The notes beneath the pieces are model-generated. The model searched no databases. It was not told the DNA's origin and saw nothing but the letters and a program-made list of their open reading frames with translations. A stretch of 64,000 nucleotides of DNA, from contig BTUM01000002.1 of NCBI GenBank assembly GCA_045863235.1, forward strand, positions 64,001 through 128,000, given 5' to 3'. Below are positions 19,222-28,978 of this stretch, one piece after another. Source of the stretch: Candidatus Xenobia bacterium. Lineage in GTDB: Bacteria > Vulcanimicrobiota > Xenobia > Xenobiales > QWHO01. The position numbers and the translations under genes were made by a program. The first letter of the stretch is position 1. The number at the start of each line of letters is the position of its first letter.

Positions 19222-19725
19222 TCAATCGAGCCCGAAAATCCGAGCCACGAACGAACCCATCCAGGCTTTGAAGCCTCGTTCCGGCTTATGCCTGGCGGCA
19301 ATCTCGCGAAGCTTCTCCTTCAGCCTGGCGCTGGCCACCGGATCAAGCTCCATGTCCTGGCTCTTGGCGAAGTAGTCCACGATGGCCGAAAGCTCGCCGT
19401 CATCGAGCCAGATGCCATGCTCGGGACAACGATCGAGCCAGATCTCGCTGATCATCAAATAGCGATAACGGTCCATGATCTTGGAGCAGACCGGACAGGC
19501 GGCCGGAGCCTCCAGCGAGGAGGGAGGCAGCTTGTCCTGGACCAGAATGGGGGCCAGTTCGGAGCCCTCGAGGGCCTTGATCGGGTCCTCCAGTCGCATG
19601 ACCTGCCCCAACTCGTCGTCTTCGTCCTCCCACCACGAGCCTTCGCAGGTGGGGCACATATCCACCCGAAGATCCCCGAAGGACTGCTCTTTCAGCTCGA
19701 TCTGGCAGCGCGGACAGGTTTTCAT
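19222..19725 (-). CDS. Double zf-TFIIB-like zinc-ribbon protein
   Basis: CPRC ... VDMCPTCEGSWW and CPVC ... LDRCPEHGIWLDDGEL. Confidence 0.85.
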   Translation of the reverse strand: MKTCPRCQIELKEQSFGDLRVDMCPTCEGSWWEDEDDELGQVMRLEDPIKALEGSELAPILVQDKLPPSSLEAPAACPVCSKIMDRYRYLMISEIWLDRCPEHGIWLDDGELSAIVDYFAKSQDMELDPVASARLKEKLREIAARHKPERGFKAWMGSFVARIFGLD

Positions 19726-19825
19726 CCCGGCGCCTTCCACCTCGACCTCGTCCTCGCCTTCGAAGGCCTGCCACCGATTTATCGAGAATCATGCCGGGCA
19801 CTCTTGAAGGGGGGCACGTCGTCGA

Positions 19826-20566
19826 ATGGATGCTACCACCACTCATTGCCCGGCCTGCGGCCAGGGAATCCAACCTGACAATCGGCTTTTTTGTCCAAGT
19901 TGCGGGCAGGCTCAGCACCGCACCTGTCTCGAGCAGCGCCATGCCTGTGCCGCTTGTAGCTTTACCTTCATGCCGCCGACGGGCGGCCCGAGTCTCCCCG
20001 CCGCGCCGGTCGGAGCACCCGGTCCGGTGATCTCGCCCGGACCTGCTCCGATGGGGGTGCATCGCCCCTGCAAGCAGTGCAACCATCCCTTCCCTCAGGG
20101 TGCGGTGCGCTGTCCGCACTGCGGCTTTGTGCCCAAGAGCAGCAGCTCGCCAGTGATCATTTTCGCGCTGGTGGGGTGCCTGTGCATGTTCACGATCATT
20201 CCGATCCTGGCTGCCATTCTCGTGCCGAACTTCATTCGGGCCAGGGCCCAGGGACAGCTGACCGCCTGCAAGTCCAACGAGAAGAACATCGGTACGGCTC
20301 TGGAGATGTGGTCCACCGATAACTCAGGTCACTACCCCGACTCGCTCAGCGCCCTCACCCCCAACTATCTGCGAATGATCCCCAACTGCCCGGCGGCCGA
20401 GACCGACACCTACTCGGCCAGCTACGAGCACGAGCCGCCCAAGGACGACAACGGGTACGGAAGCTACTCGTTTTGCTGCAAAGGCGAAAACCACAGGGCC
20501 GCTCGAGTTGCTGAGGACAATCCCAGCTACAATTCGATGGAAGGCCTGCAGGTCGACATGCGCTGA
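19826..20566 (+). CDS. RING-finger/zinc-ribbon membrane protein with C-terminal pilin/pseudopilin-like domain
   Basis: CPAC..CPSC..HRTC..CAAC, Pro linker, CKQC..CPHC, TM, then ILVPNFIRARAQGQLTACKSNEKNIGTALE. Confidence 0.75.
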   Translation: MDATTTHCPACGQGIQPDNRLFCPSCGQAQHRTCLEQRHACAACSFTFMPPTGGPSLPAAPVGAPGPVISPGPAPMGVHRPCKQCNHPFPQGAVRCPHCGFVPKSSSSPVIIFALVGCLCMFTIIPILAAILVPNFIRARAQGQLTACKSNEKNIGTALEMWSTDNSGHYPDSLSALTPNYLRMIPNCPAAETDTYSASYEHEPPKDDNGYGSYSFCCKGENHRAARVAEDNPSYNSMEGLQVDMR

Positions 20567-20617
20567 CACCGCCCCGGCGACCTGTGAGTCCACAGGTGCC
20601 GAGGCGGTCTGTTCAGC

Positions 20618-23020
20618 TCATCGTTTCCACCAGCTCTTCTTGCGAGGTGGCTTCAAGCCGAGCAGCTGGCGCAGCTCTTCCAGCCAGGCCTGAAGCTTTG
20701 GCAGGCCCTCGGCAGGGTCGCGCCGGTAGCTCTCCAGGGCTTCTCGGCCGCTCGCCTCGAGCTTCCGGGCCGGCTCGCTCGCCCACCGGACCAGTGTCAC
20801 CAGGGCTTCCTCAATCTGGTCGATCGAGTCAAGCGGCTTCGGTTCTTGCTTCAGTGACTCGATTGCCTTCTCCAGGCTGCTGAACGTTTTCCTGAGCCAC
20901 TCTTCGGGAGAAGGAGCAGGCTTACCGGTACGCTTACGATCAGGCACGTTAGCCTCGATGGACTGCGGGGAGGCTCCGCCCTCGATCGATGAGAGGGCGT
21001 CGAAACAGGCGCCAGAACCTGCCCCCAGCCATCCTGAGTCCAACGGGCCTGGTGCACCGGGCCGGCAGGGAGCTGCAGGGGCTGGCGACCGGTAGCCATA
21101 GACAGCTTCGGCCATGGCCCGGGACATTCGCGTCCCTCCGCCCACAGCCGTCCCCCACTGGGAAGGCGCTTCCACCGCCTGGGTGACTTGATGCACCTGT
21201 CCGGATGGATTCACCACTCCGCTGGCATCCACAGCCACGTAAGCGGTAAAGCGGCACAATACACCCCATTTCAAGGAGAAGTCAGTGATCGTCTGACCCA
21301 GGCCAAGGGGCCCCGCGTCCGTGTCGAGTCGGTGCTCCAGGTCGAGGACTCGGGCCCGGGCCCACACGTGGCGGAGAACCGGATCGGATGTCGGCTGGTG
21401 GCCCAGTTTGGCCTGAAATGGCTTGCCATCGGCCCTGGTGGCGGTGACCCGGACGCTGGCCGGCGCCGGTCCGGCCAGCCGCCCGCTGATCACTGCCGGC
21501 ATGCCCGGAAAGACATCCACCTTCTCCGGCGTGACCTCGCTCAAACCGTCCAGGTGCAATTGCAGGTCGCGCAGGACCGGAGATCCGATGCGACGGTGAA
21601 TCGAGCGCATGACCTCGTCGAGGCGATCTTCCGACTCGACCAGATCAAACACCCCGCCGCTGCTTTCAGCCAGCCTCTTGAGGAAGCTCTCGTTGACGGC
21701 CCGATCGACTCCTACCGTGTAAATGCGGGTCTTCCCAGCATGCCGGGCCACGTGCTCGTATACCTGGGCCTCGTTGCCCACCTGGCCATCGGTCACGAAC
21801 ACGACGACCTGCTCTCGTCCTTGCTGAGGCCGCGCAAAGTACTCCAGGCTGCGGGCCAGCGCAGGCCCGATCTCGGTCCCTCCGCGCGCCTCGACCCGGG
21901 CCAGAAACTCCACCGCTTGAAAGCGATTTCGGTCCGTCGCTTCGAGCAGCTTGCCACTGCCCTCCAGGGGCTCCTCCAGCACGGAATCGAACAAGATCAG
22001 GGCCAGCCGGTCCTTGTCTGTCAGGCTGTCGAGGATCCGAGCTGCGGCCCGTCGGGCAGCCACCATCTTCCACCCCTGCATCGAGCCGGAGCGGTCGAGC
22101 ACGACCACCACATCGCGCGGCTTGACCCCACAACGCTTCAGGTTAGGTGGAACGACGGTCAGGGCGACGGTGCAGCCCGGGCCGTCGGAGTCGGGCAGGC
22201 TGCGAAAGCTGGTGGCCACCGACTCCTCCCCCACTTCGAAGCGCAGGATGAAGTCTCGGTCCAGTCGAGTGGCTCCCGGTGTCAGGCCGACCCGACGGAC
22301 CCCCTCGGACAGGTCCTCGATCTCCAGCTCATGGAGGCTGGCGCGCAGGTTGCGAACCGGTAGCCCGGCCGAATCGAGCTCCAGGGAGAGCGTGAAGTGG
22401 ACCGGATTGGGCATTCCCGGCAGAAGGATGGGCGGGCTGATGCGCGAGGCGTCAGGCACGGCGTCGGTATCAAGAGCCGTGCCGCTGCCCACGCTCTCTC
22501 CGTCGAGAGCCACCCCCGGGATGTAGCGGGGGGCGACAACCAGGGGAAAGCGGTAGGTGGCTTCCCCGTCGGAGAGCGCCAGCGGTCCGGAAAGCTCGAG
22601 CTCCACCGTGATCGCTTCGCCCGGCATGATGTTGCCCGCCCGCATGGTGAAAACGTCCGGCCGCTCTTCCTCGGCGATGGCTGCACGCTGTCCCTGGGAA
22701 ATGGCCAGGTCGTAGTCGGCGCGGGCCTGCTCACGCTCCTTGAGAATCCCGTCGATCACCCGGTCGGCGACCTTCATCTTGAAGCTGACGACGGCCGCTC
22801 GGTCAGGCAGCGGGAAGATATAAGTGGCCTCCAGGGGCACATGGAAGGCGTTGACGAACGTCTGGCTGAGCTGGTTGCGAAAGTGCAACCCGGTAATGCG
22901 TCCGGACAGGCTCATGGCTCGCAGGGGCAGCCGGCCCCGCTCGGTCTCGATGGCACCGAACCCGGCCCTGGCGTCGGCCAGAGGCCGCTCTTCGTTGAGG
23001 ATTTCGAGTGTGGCTTTCAT
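20618..23020 (-). CDS. VIT and vWA domain-containing protein
   Basis: LEATYIFPLPDRAAV (VIT), MIDAS DRSGS, GGTE and TDG. Confidence 0.92.
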   Translation of the reverse strand: MKATLEILNEERPLADARAGFGAIETERGRLPLRAMSLSGRITGLHFRNQLSQTFVNAFHVPLEATYIFPLPDRAAVVSFKMKVADRVIDGILKEREQARADYDLAISQGQRAAIAEEERPDVFTMRAGNIMPGEAITVELELSGPLALSDGEATYRFPLVVAPRYIPGVALDGESVGSGTALDTDAVPDASRISPPILLPGMPNPVHFTLSLELDSAGLPVRNLRASLHELEIEDLSEGVRRVGLTPGATRLDRDFILRFEVGEESVATSFRSLPDSDGPGCTVALTVVPPNLKRCGVKPRDVVVVLDRSGSMQGWKMVAARRAAARILDSLTDKDRLALILFDSVLEEPLEGSGKLLEATDRNRFQAVEFLARVEARGGTEIGPALARSLEYFARPQQGREQVVVFVTDGQVGNEAQVYEHVARHAGKTRIYTVGVDRAVNESFLKRLAESSGGVFDLVESEDRLDEVMRSIHRRIGSPVLRDLQLHLDGLSEVTPEKVDVFPGMPAVISGRLAGPAPASVRVTATRADGKPFQAKLGHQPTSDPVLRHVWARARVLDLEHRLDTDAGPLGLGQTITDFSLKWGVLCRFTAYVAVDASGVVNPSGQVHQVTQAVEAPSQWGTAVGGGTRMSRAMAEAVYGYRSPAPAAPCRPGAPGPLDSGWLGAGSGACFDALSSIEGGASPQSIEANVPDRKRTGKPAPSPEEWLRKTFSSLEKAIESLKQEPKPLDSIDQIEEALVTLVRWASEPARKLEASGREALESYRRDPAEGLPKLQAWLEELRQLLGLKPPRKKSWWKR

Positions 23021-23631
23021 GCGTTCTCCTCCTTCGATGGGACGGCCTGGTTCCAGGACTGCAGCGCTTGCAGCATGGGGGCCGCCAACCGGCTCAGCTG
23101 CCGGGGGTCGAGCGTGGGGTAGTGCCTGCGGTCGAGCATCAGCGTAACTCCCGGCGCCAACTCGAGCCCCTGCAGGGGAAGCTCGGAGGTCGCTCCGGTC
23201 GGTGCCTCGGGAACGTCGAGCCGGGCGGCCCGACGTTCCCAGAAGCGCTGTGGAGGTGTTCTCGTCTCCAGGCTCTCCGACTCGCGAGCCGAGGGAACCT
23301 GGTCAAGCCAGTTCTCCGGGAGACCGGCCAGCTCTTCCAATTCGCCCTGAGTGCGACCGGCGAGGGTGACCTGAATCTCCTGGAGCGGTGTCCCCTGCGC
23401 CTGCAGAGCCTTGACGGCCAGCAACTGCAGCAGGTGGCGCACCCCGTAGTAAGCCGTTCGTCCCCGAAGCTCGGCCGGGCGGTCAAGCAGCCCGAGCGTC
23501 GTGTAGTAACGGATCAACCGCTCATTTGGCTCCCAGCGAACTCGCCGCGAGTGGCCCGCGGGCTCGGCCCAACGGGTGCTCAACTCGACCAGCTCGGCCA
23601 GGCGCCACCGGCCTTCCGTTCCTCGGCTCAC
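23017..23631 (-). CDS. MerR-type HTH transcriptional regulator
   Basis: [16 protein letters not shown] ... [25 protein letters not shown]. Its stop overlaps the VIT-vWA start. GTG 23631 was chosen from the promoter position. Confidence 0.82.
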   Translation of the reverse strand: MSRGTEGRWRLAELVELSTRWAEPAGHSRRVRWEPNERLIRYYTTLGLLDRPAELRGRTAYYGVRHLLQLLAVKALQAQGTPLQEIQVTLAGRTQGELEELAGLPENWLDQVPSARESESLETRTPPQRFWERRAARLDVPEAPTGATSELPLQGLELAPGVTLMLDRRHYPTLDPRQLSRLAAPMLQALQSWNQAVPSKEENA

Positions 23632-23637
23632 GGTCAA

Positions 23638-23666
23638 ACAATATCACTGTCATATGACAGTGTCAA
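23638..23666 (-). promoter_or_regulatory. sigma70 promoter with perfect 18-bp palindromic operator
   Basis: Minus strand reads TTGACA-N17-TATTGT. The palindrome CACTGTCATATGACAGTG lies at 23645-23662. Confidence 0.8.
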
Positions 23667-23743
23667 TACAAACATTTGTTCGCAAAGGCGCTCCGGCCGC
23701 AAGGCCGAAGTGGCTTTCTTACCAGAGAAAGGAACCTGCTATC

Positions 23744-24172
23744 ATGCGCATTCTGCACACCATGCTGCGAGTCGGCGACCTGGATCGCTCGATCGACTTT
23801 TACACCAGAGCTCTCAGCATGAAGCTCCTGCGCCGCAAGGATTATCCCGGCGGAAAATTCACCCTGGCCTTCCTCGGCTATGGTCCGGAATCCGAGCAAA
23901 CGGTGCTCGAGCTGACCCACAACTGGGGAGTTGAGAAGTACGAGCTGGGCACCGCTTACGGCCACATCGCCATCGGCGTGAACGACATCCAGGCTGCCTG
24001 CAAGCAGATCGAAAGCGCCGGAGGCCTCATCACGCGGCCACCCGGGCCGATGAGCCACGGTACGACTGTGCTGGCCTTCTGTCAGGACCCGGACGGCTAC
24101 AAGATCGAGCTGATCGACGAGACCTCCCGTCAGCTGACCATGCAGGAGGCAGAGCAGGCGGGCAGCTACTGA
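23744..24172 (+). CDS. gloA: Lactoylglutathione lyase (glyoxalase I)
   Basis: [33 protein letters not shown] and [10 protein letters not shown]. Confidence 0.95.
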   Translation: MRILHTMLRVGDLDRSIDFYTRALSMKLLRRKDYPGGKFTLAFLGYGPESEQTVLELTHNWGVEKYELGTAYGHIAIGVNDIQAACKQIESAGGLITRPPGPMSHGTTVLAFCQDPDGYKIELIDETSRQLTMQEAEQAGSY

Positions 24173-24351
24173 TGGAAGGACAAACTCTTGGTCTGACGCT
24201 GATCACCGGTGCCGTTTCCGGTTTTGCCGGCGTGCTGTTGTGGGCGCTCACCCACAACCGGGCCGCAAGCAAGCTGATCACCTGCTCGGCCCTGATCAGC
24301 CTGACCGTGCTCTCGGTAGGCACCCTGTACCTGCTCGGAAAGCTGGGCTGA
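24172..24351 (+). CDS. Small two-TM membrane protein (59 aa, absent from the ORF track)
   Basis: ATG overlaps the gloA TGA. Translation [59 protein letters not shown] ends 4 nt before the next gene. Confidence 0.7.
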   Translation: MEGQTLGLTLITGAVSGFAGVLLWALTHNRAASKLITCSALISLTVLSVGTLYLLGKLG

Positions 24352-24355
24352 CCGG

Positions 24356-25222
24356 ATGCAACTGCTGGTCGACTTTTCCAGCCTGCTCTATCGTGCCTAT
24401 CACTCCACTCCAGATTCCATCCCCATGAACGGGGTTCACGGTTTCCTGAACATGCTGGCCCGGGTCCTGGAGGACCGTCGCCCGGTCGAGCTGGGCCTGT
24501 GCACTGACGACGACTGGCGGCCGGAGTTCCGCACTCGAGCGCTGCCGAGCTACAAGGCCCATCGAGTGGGCGATCTACCCGACCCGGTCACCCCTCAGGA
24601 GGCGGTGGCCCGCGAATTGCTGAGCGCGATGGGGCTGGCCGTCGTGGGCTATCCAGGCTATGAGGCCGAGGACGTGATCGCCTCGCTGTTGTCAAGGGCG
24701 CGGCAGCCGGTTGAGATTCTCTCGGGCGATCGGGACCTGTTCGCACTGGTGGAAGATCCTCAGGTCAAGGTGCTCTACCCGACGAAAGGCACCAGCCAGC
24801 TGCTGGAGGTGGACGAGGCCGAGATCACTCGTCGCTACGGGATTCCCGGCCGAGCTTACGGAGACTTTGCGCTCCTGCGAGGCGACCCCTCCGACGGACT
24901 GCCCGGCGTGGCGGGGATCGGAGAAAAGACGGCCTCGCGGCTGATCGCCGAGCACGGCTCGTTGGAAGCGCTGCTCAAGAGCGAGAACCTCAAGGAGAGC
25001 GAGCGCAAGAAGCTACAAGCAGGTCGCTCCTACCTGGAGACGGCTCGCAAGGTGGTCTTACCGGTCCGGGACATCCCCCTGCCTGCGGTCGATCTCAAGC
25101 TGCCCGATCGCTTCACCAACGCTGGCCTCGTGCGCGAGATCGCCGAGCAGCATCGGCTCGAGAATGCGGTCGAGCGGGCCTGGAAAGCGGTGCGTAACTG
25201 CCTGGTCAACCCGGTAGCGTAG
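24356..25222 (+). CDS. Stand-alone 5'-3' exonuclease / flap endonuclease
   Basis: LLVDFSSLLYRAYH, YKAHR, EAEDVIA, SGDRDL and H3TH GDPSDGLPGVAGIGEKTA. Confidence 0.92.
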   Translation: MQLLVDFSSLLYRAYHSTPDSIPMNGVHGFLNMLARVLEDRRPVELGLCTDDDWRPEFRTRALPSYKAHRVGDLPDPVTPQEAVARELLSAMGLAVVGYPGYEAEDVIASLLSRARQPVEILSGDRDLFALVEDPQVKVLYPTKGTSQLLEVDEAEITRRYGIPGRAYGDFALLRGDPSDGLPGVAGIGEKTASRLIAEHGSLEALLKSENLKESERKKLQAGRSYLETARKVVLPVRDIPLPAVDLKLPDRFTNAGLVREIAEQHRLENAVERAWKAVRNCLVNPVA

Positions 25223-26464
25223 CAGCGTCCAGTACTGGTCATTGCCGGGGAATCGAGCGCTGACCTTGGCCTCACCCGTCTCCAGGGCCGCCTGCCCCCG
25301 GAACCACTGTCCCTGGCGCGACAGGGGATGCCACTTGCCGCCATTGATGATCTGCACGTCGCTGGCTGCTGGCACGTAGACCGAGAAGGCAGATTTCTTG
25401 CCCGGCGGAAGGGCCAGGGTGCGAGGATACTCGAGCATGGCCTTGCGCTCGAGGAAGGTCGAGGAGATCTCGGGAAACCTCTGAGTGGTGCCGCGCCGCG
25501 CCTCGACCCAGTATTCCATCACATAATTGAAGCGCTCGGCGAACGGGTCGTCCTTGCCAAAGATTGCCACCTTGTAGCGGCCGGGCGCAGGAAAGAGCAC
25601 GTCCACCGCCCAGCCGTCCTTGTCCACCTGGGCCAGGCAGTGGGAATCGGGCAACTCCTGTCCGTTGCGGTACAAACCCGCCATGAGACTGACGCCGCTG
25701 GCGGCTCGGAACTTGAGCTTGAGGCCCTGGTCGGTCTTCAGAGTGCCGCGCGACTCGCGCGGTCGGATGTCGAAACGAAAGCAGGCTGACCCCACGCGGG
25801 GCAGGGAGTCTACCTGGGCCCGGCTCCTGGGAGGAGAGAGCAACTGCCAGGTCTTCTCCTTGGGAAAGTGGCTGTAAATGAGCTGATCGGGCGGCACCAG
25901 GAAGTAATAGGGATTGAACTTGCGGGTAAAGCGTCGCGACTGGTAGTCGACATAGCCGCTGCCCCAGGTCGAATCCAGCAAGTACCAGCGCCCCTGGATC
26001 CTGACGGCGTTCCAGGCATGTCCGAGCGACAGGTTGGTGGTATCCTCCGGGTCGCGTCGCACCTCCCCACTGACGACCACGGTCTCCACTGCGCAGCGCG
26101 AAGCCAGCGCCTCATAGAGATTGGCATAACCGGCGCAGACTCCGGTGCGGCGCTTGAGCACCGCTTCGGCGCTCTGATCGGGGTATTGCCCGGAGAAATA
26201 GCTCACCGTGTCGTAGGCGATGTGCTCGGTGATCCAGCGATAGACGGCTCGAGAGCGCTCTTCCGAGGTCTGACCGGCCTTCTTCAGGTAGGCTCCCAGA
26301 GCATCCAGACTCCGCTCAGCGGAAGCCGGGGCGGCGAGCGCGTAGCGGTCGACCTCAAGATAGAGTGATGGCTTCCTCCCCAGGGCCTCGGGAGCTGCAA
26401 TCAGGAGAGCCAGGACGACCACCGCAAGAATACGCCGCACAGGAGAAACATTTTGGCCGCCCAC
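25058..26464 (-). CDS. Exported transglutaminase-like protein (KY/CYK3 type)
   Basis: Signal peptide, WITEHIAYD, GVCAGYA and HAWNAV ... LLDSTW (Cys-His-Asp). Confidence 0.85.
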   Translation of the reverse strand: MGGQNVSPVRRILAVVVLALLIAAPEALGRKPSLYLEVDRYALAAPASAERSLDALGAYLKKAGQTSEERSRAVYRWITEHIAYDTVSYFSGQYPDQSAEAVLKRRTGVCAGYANLYEALASRCAVETVVVSGEVRRDPEDTTNLSLGHAWNAVRIQGRWYLLDSTWGSGYVDYQSRRFTRKFNPYYFLVPPDQLIYSHFPKEKTWQLLSPPRSRAQVDSLPRVGSACFRFDIRPRESRGTLKTDQGLKLKFRAASGVSLMAGLYRNGQELPDSHCLAQVDKDGWAVDVLFPAPGRYKVAIFGKDDPFAERFNYVMEYWVEARRGTTQRFPEISSTFLERKAMLEYPRTLALPPGKKSAFSVYVPAASDVQIINGGKWHPLSRQGQWFRGQAALETGEAKVSARFPGNDQYWTLLRYRVDQAVTHRFPGPLDRILEPMLLGDLAHEASVGEAIGQLEIDRRQGDVPDR

Positions 26465-26476
26465 TCGGGCTCTCCT

Positions 26477-28975
26477 TCACTGCGTCAGCTCGGCTGCGGC
26501 GCTCTCCATGTCGCGCCACAGATCGCCCCGGGCAGCCACTCGCGCGGGGGCGCTGGCCAGGGTGAACTCGTCAGGGTACACTGAGTCGAGCTCCTCCCAG
26601 GCCAGAGGGACCGAGACCCCGGCCCAGGACACGGGACGGGGCGAATAGATCCAGGCCAGGCTCTTGCCGTAGCTGTTCTGGTTGGCGTCCACGAAGACTT
26701 TTCCGGTGCGCCGGGCGGTGGACCACTCCAGGGTGACCTCCTGAGGCCGCTTCTGGGCCAGGAATTGAGCCAGGGTCCGGCTGGCGGCCCGGACGACCTC
26801 GAACGGGTAACGCCGGACGAGAGGCACCATGAGATGAAGCCCGGTCTTGCCCGAGGTCTTGACGAAGGGGGTGAGCCCCACTCCCACCAGCATCTCCCGC
26901 AGATCGCGGGCCAACGAGCAGGCGGTGCGAAAACCCGCCAGGTTCAGCTCCGGCTCGGCCCCTTCGGCCTCGCGGCCGGAATAGATGTAGGGGTCGAGAT
27001 CAAACAAGAGTCGATCAGGAAACAGCAGGGGATCGTCACGACCGTCCAGGGGCGCGGCTCGCGAGAGCCAGGCGTGCAGCTCGAGATTGGCCAGTTGGGC
27101 CAGCCACACCAGGGTGGCCAGATTGTGACATAAGAGCCAGGGCTCGCTCGGCTCCTCGCGGTTCTCGGCCGTCTCCACGAACTCGGGCAACTCGCTCTGG
27201 GTCCAATGCTTCTGATAGAACGACTTGCCCTGGATGCCGTCCGGGTAGCGCGTGAGGGTGATGGGACGGTCGATCAGGTGGGGCAGGGCATAGGATCCGA
27301 CCCTGAGCACGTAGGCGATCAGGTCGCGCTTGGTGTAGTCGGGCCAGAGAGGCTTGTCCAGGTTGGTCAGGGCCAGTTGGTGGCCTTCCACCTCCAGCGT
27401 TCCCTGCGCCCCCATCACGCGCAGGCGCTCGAGCGCCTCATTCTCGGCCAGGCCCAGAAATACGGGGCCTCGCAGCTTGCCCTGGGAGGTCCGGTCCTGA
27501 TAGCGAACCTCGACCCGCAAGGAAGGCTCCACCCAGGTAATGGGGCCGTCCCGCGGAGGGTCGACGAGCGCGCTGTCGCCCACTTTGAGCGCCTGCAATC
27601 GCTGCTGCCACTGAGCCAGTCCGGCATCGTCAAAGCCACTGCCCACGTCACCCACATAGCGCAGATGGCCGTCCTGGTTGCGAGAGCCGAGCACCAACGA
27701 GCCGAAGGTGTCGGCCCGGCTGCCCTCCCCGGGCCGAAAGCCGACCACCACGAAGACCTCCTCCCGAGTGCTCTTGACCTTGAGCCAGCTGGCGCTGCGC
27801 CGCCCGGGCTCATAGCGAGAGCCTCGCCGCTTGGCCATCAGGCCCTCCATTCCCAGGCTGGTCATCGCTTGAAAGGCGGCCAGACCGTCCTGAAAGCGGG
27901 CCACCGGTTGGAAGGGGGGCACCAGCACGGTTTCCAGCAAGCGCTGGCGTTGCTCGAGCGGGCAGGCGATCAGCTCGAACCCATCCAGATGGAGCAGATC
28001 GAAAGGATAGAAGACCACCGGGATCTCCCGCTCGGCACGGGCGATGTCGGCCGGGCGCTCGAGGTTGATGCGCCCTTGCAGACGCTCAAAGTTCGGCCGC
28101 CCCTGGGCGTCCAGGGCCACGACCTCTCCGTCGAGCCAGGCCTCGGCCACGGGAAGAGTGCTCAGAGCCTGGCTCAGCTCCGGGTACTGGTCACTGTGGT
28201 CGCGGCCCTGACGGCTCCAGAGCTCCACCGAGCCCTGCTGCAGGCGAGCCAGCAAACGAACCCCGTCCAGCTTGGGCTCGAAGACGAAAGCCGGGTCGTG
28301 AAAAGGCTGGCGGGCGCTCTGAGCCAGCATGGGCTGAACCAGCGAGGGCAGCGGACGCGGGCGCGAACCGGCCGCCAGCTGGGGCACGGGCCAGAAGGCG
28401 GGCCCTGGTGGCGGGCTGGTCGCCTCCTCGACCCGTCGTCCGGTCAGAACCGAGAGCTCATCCACCGTTCGACCCTCAAGGCCATCGCGGGACTTGCTGA
28501 AGAGCCAACCCTGCTCGGTGCGAATCAGGCTGAACCGGCCTTTGAGCTTCTGGCCTCGCAGGTGGATCATCACCCGACCGCGCTCGAGGTCGGATCGCAT
28601 CCGGATGCTGGCCTCCCGAGCGTCGAGCCAGCTGTGAACACGCTCGTGGGCGGGCGAATAGGTGCCGGCATCCCACACGATCACCTCTCCCCCACCATAC
28701 TCCCCGGCCGGGATCACGCCTTCGAAGGTGCCATAATCGAAGGGATGATCCTCTACGGCCACGGCCAGCCGCTTGTCGCTCGGGTCCAGACTGGGCCCCT
28801 TCGGGATGGCCCAGGAGATGAGCACCCCGTCTACCTCGAGGCGCAGGTCATAATGGAGCCGCCGGGCCCGGTGCAACTGCACCACGAAGGCCAGAGGGCC
28901 GAGACGCTGCAAGGCCTGGCCAGGCGCTGGCTCGGGGGTGACCTCAAAGTCGCGTTTGCGCTGGTATTCCTGCAA
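26477..28975 (-). CDS. ligD: NHEJ DNA ligase D (phosphoesterase-ligase-polymerase)
   Basis: LHYDLRLE..SWAIPKGPS (PE), EPKLDG and EGLMAK (ligase), FDLDP and KTSGKTGLH (polymerase). Confidence 0.93.
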   Translation of the reverse strand: MQEYQRKRDFEVTPEPAPGQALQRLGPLAFVVQLHRARRLHYDLRLEVDGVLISWAIPKGPSLDPSDKRLAVAVEDHPFDYGTFEGVIPAGEYGGGEVIVWDAGTYSPAHERVHSWLDAREASIRMRSDLERGRVMIHLRGQKLKGRFSLIRTEQGWLFSKSRDGLEGRTVDELSVLTGRRVEEATSPPPGPAFWPVPQLAAGSRPRPLPSLVQPMLAQSARQPFHDPAFVFEPKLDGVRLLARLQQGSVELWSRQGRDHSDQYPELSQALSTLPVAEAWLDGEVVALDAQGRPNFERLQGRINLERPADIARAEREIPVVFYPFDLLHLDGFELIACPLEQRQRLLETVLVPPFQPVARFQDGLAAFQAMTSLGMEGLMAKRRGSRYEPGRRSASWLKVKSTREEVFVVVGFRPGEGSRADTFGSLVLGSRNQDGHLRYVGDVGSGFDDAGLAQWQQRLQALKVGDSALVDPPRDGPITWVEPSLRVEVRYQDRTSQGKLRGPVFLGLAENEALERLRVMGAQGTLEVEGHQLALTNLDKPLWPDYTKRDLIAYVLRVGSYALPHLIDRPITLTRYPDGIQGKSFYQKHWTQSELPEFVETAENREEPSEPWLLCHNLATLVWLAQLANLELHAWLSRAAPLDGRDDPLLFPDRLLFDLDPYIYSGREAEGAEPELNLAGFRTACSLARDLREMLVGVGLTPFVKTSGKTGLHLMVPLVRRYPFEVVRAASRTLAQFLAQKRPQEVTLEWSTARRTGKVFVDANQNSYGKSLAWIYSPRPVSWAGVSVPLAWEELDSVYPDEFTLASAPARVAARGDLWRDMESAAAELTQ

Positions 28976-28978
28976 CCC

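Noticed and set aside
20618..23020. Possible functional link between the VIT-vWA protein and the GDPH autocleavage protein, by analogy to inter-alpha-inhibitor heavy chains
   Set aside because: The genes are about 10 kb apart in unrelated transcription units, and the VIT-vWA protein has no DPH motif.
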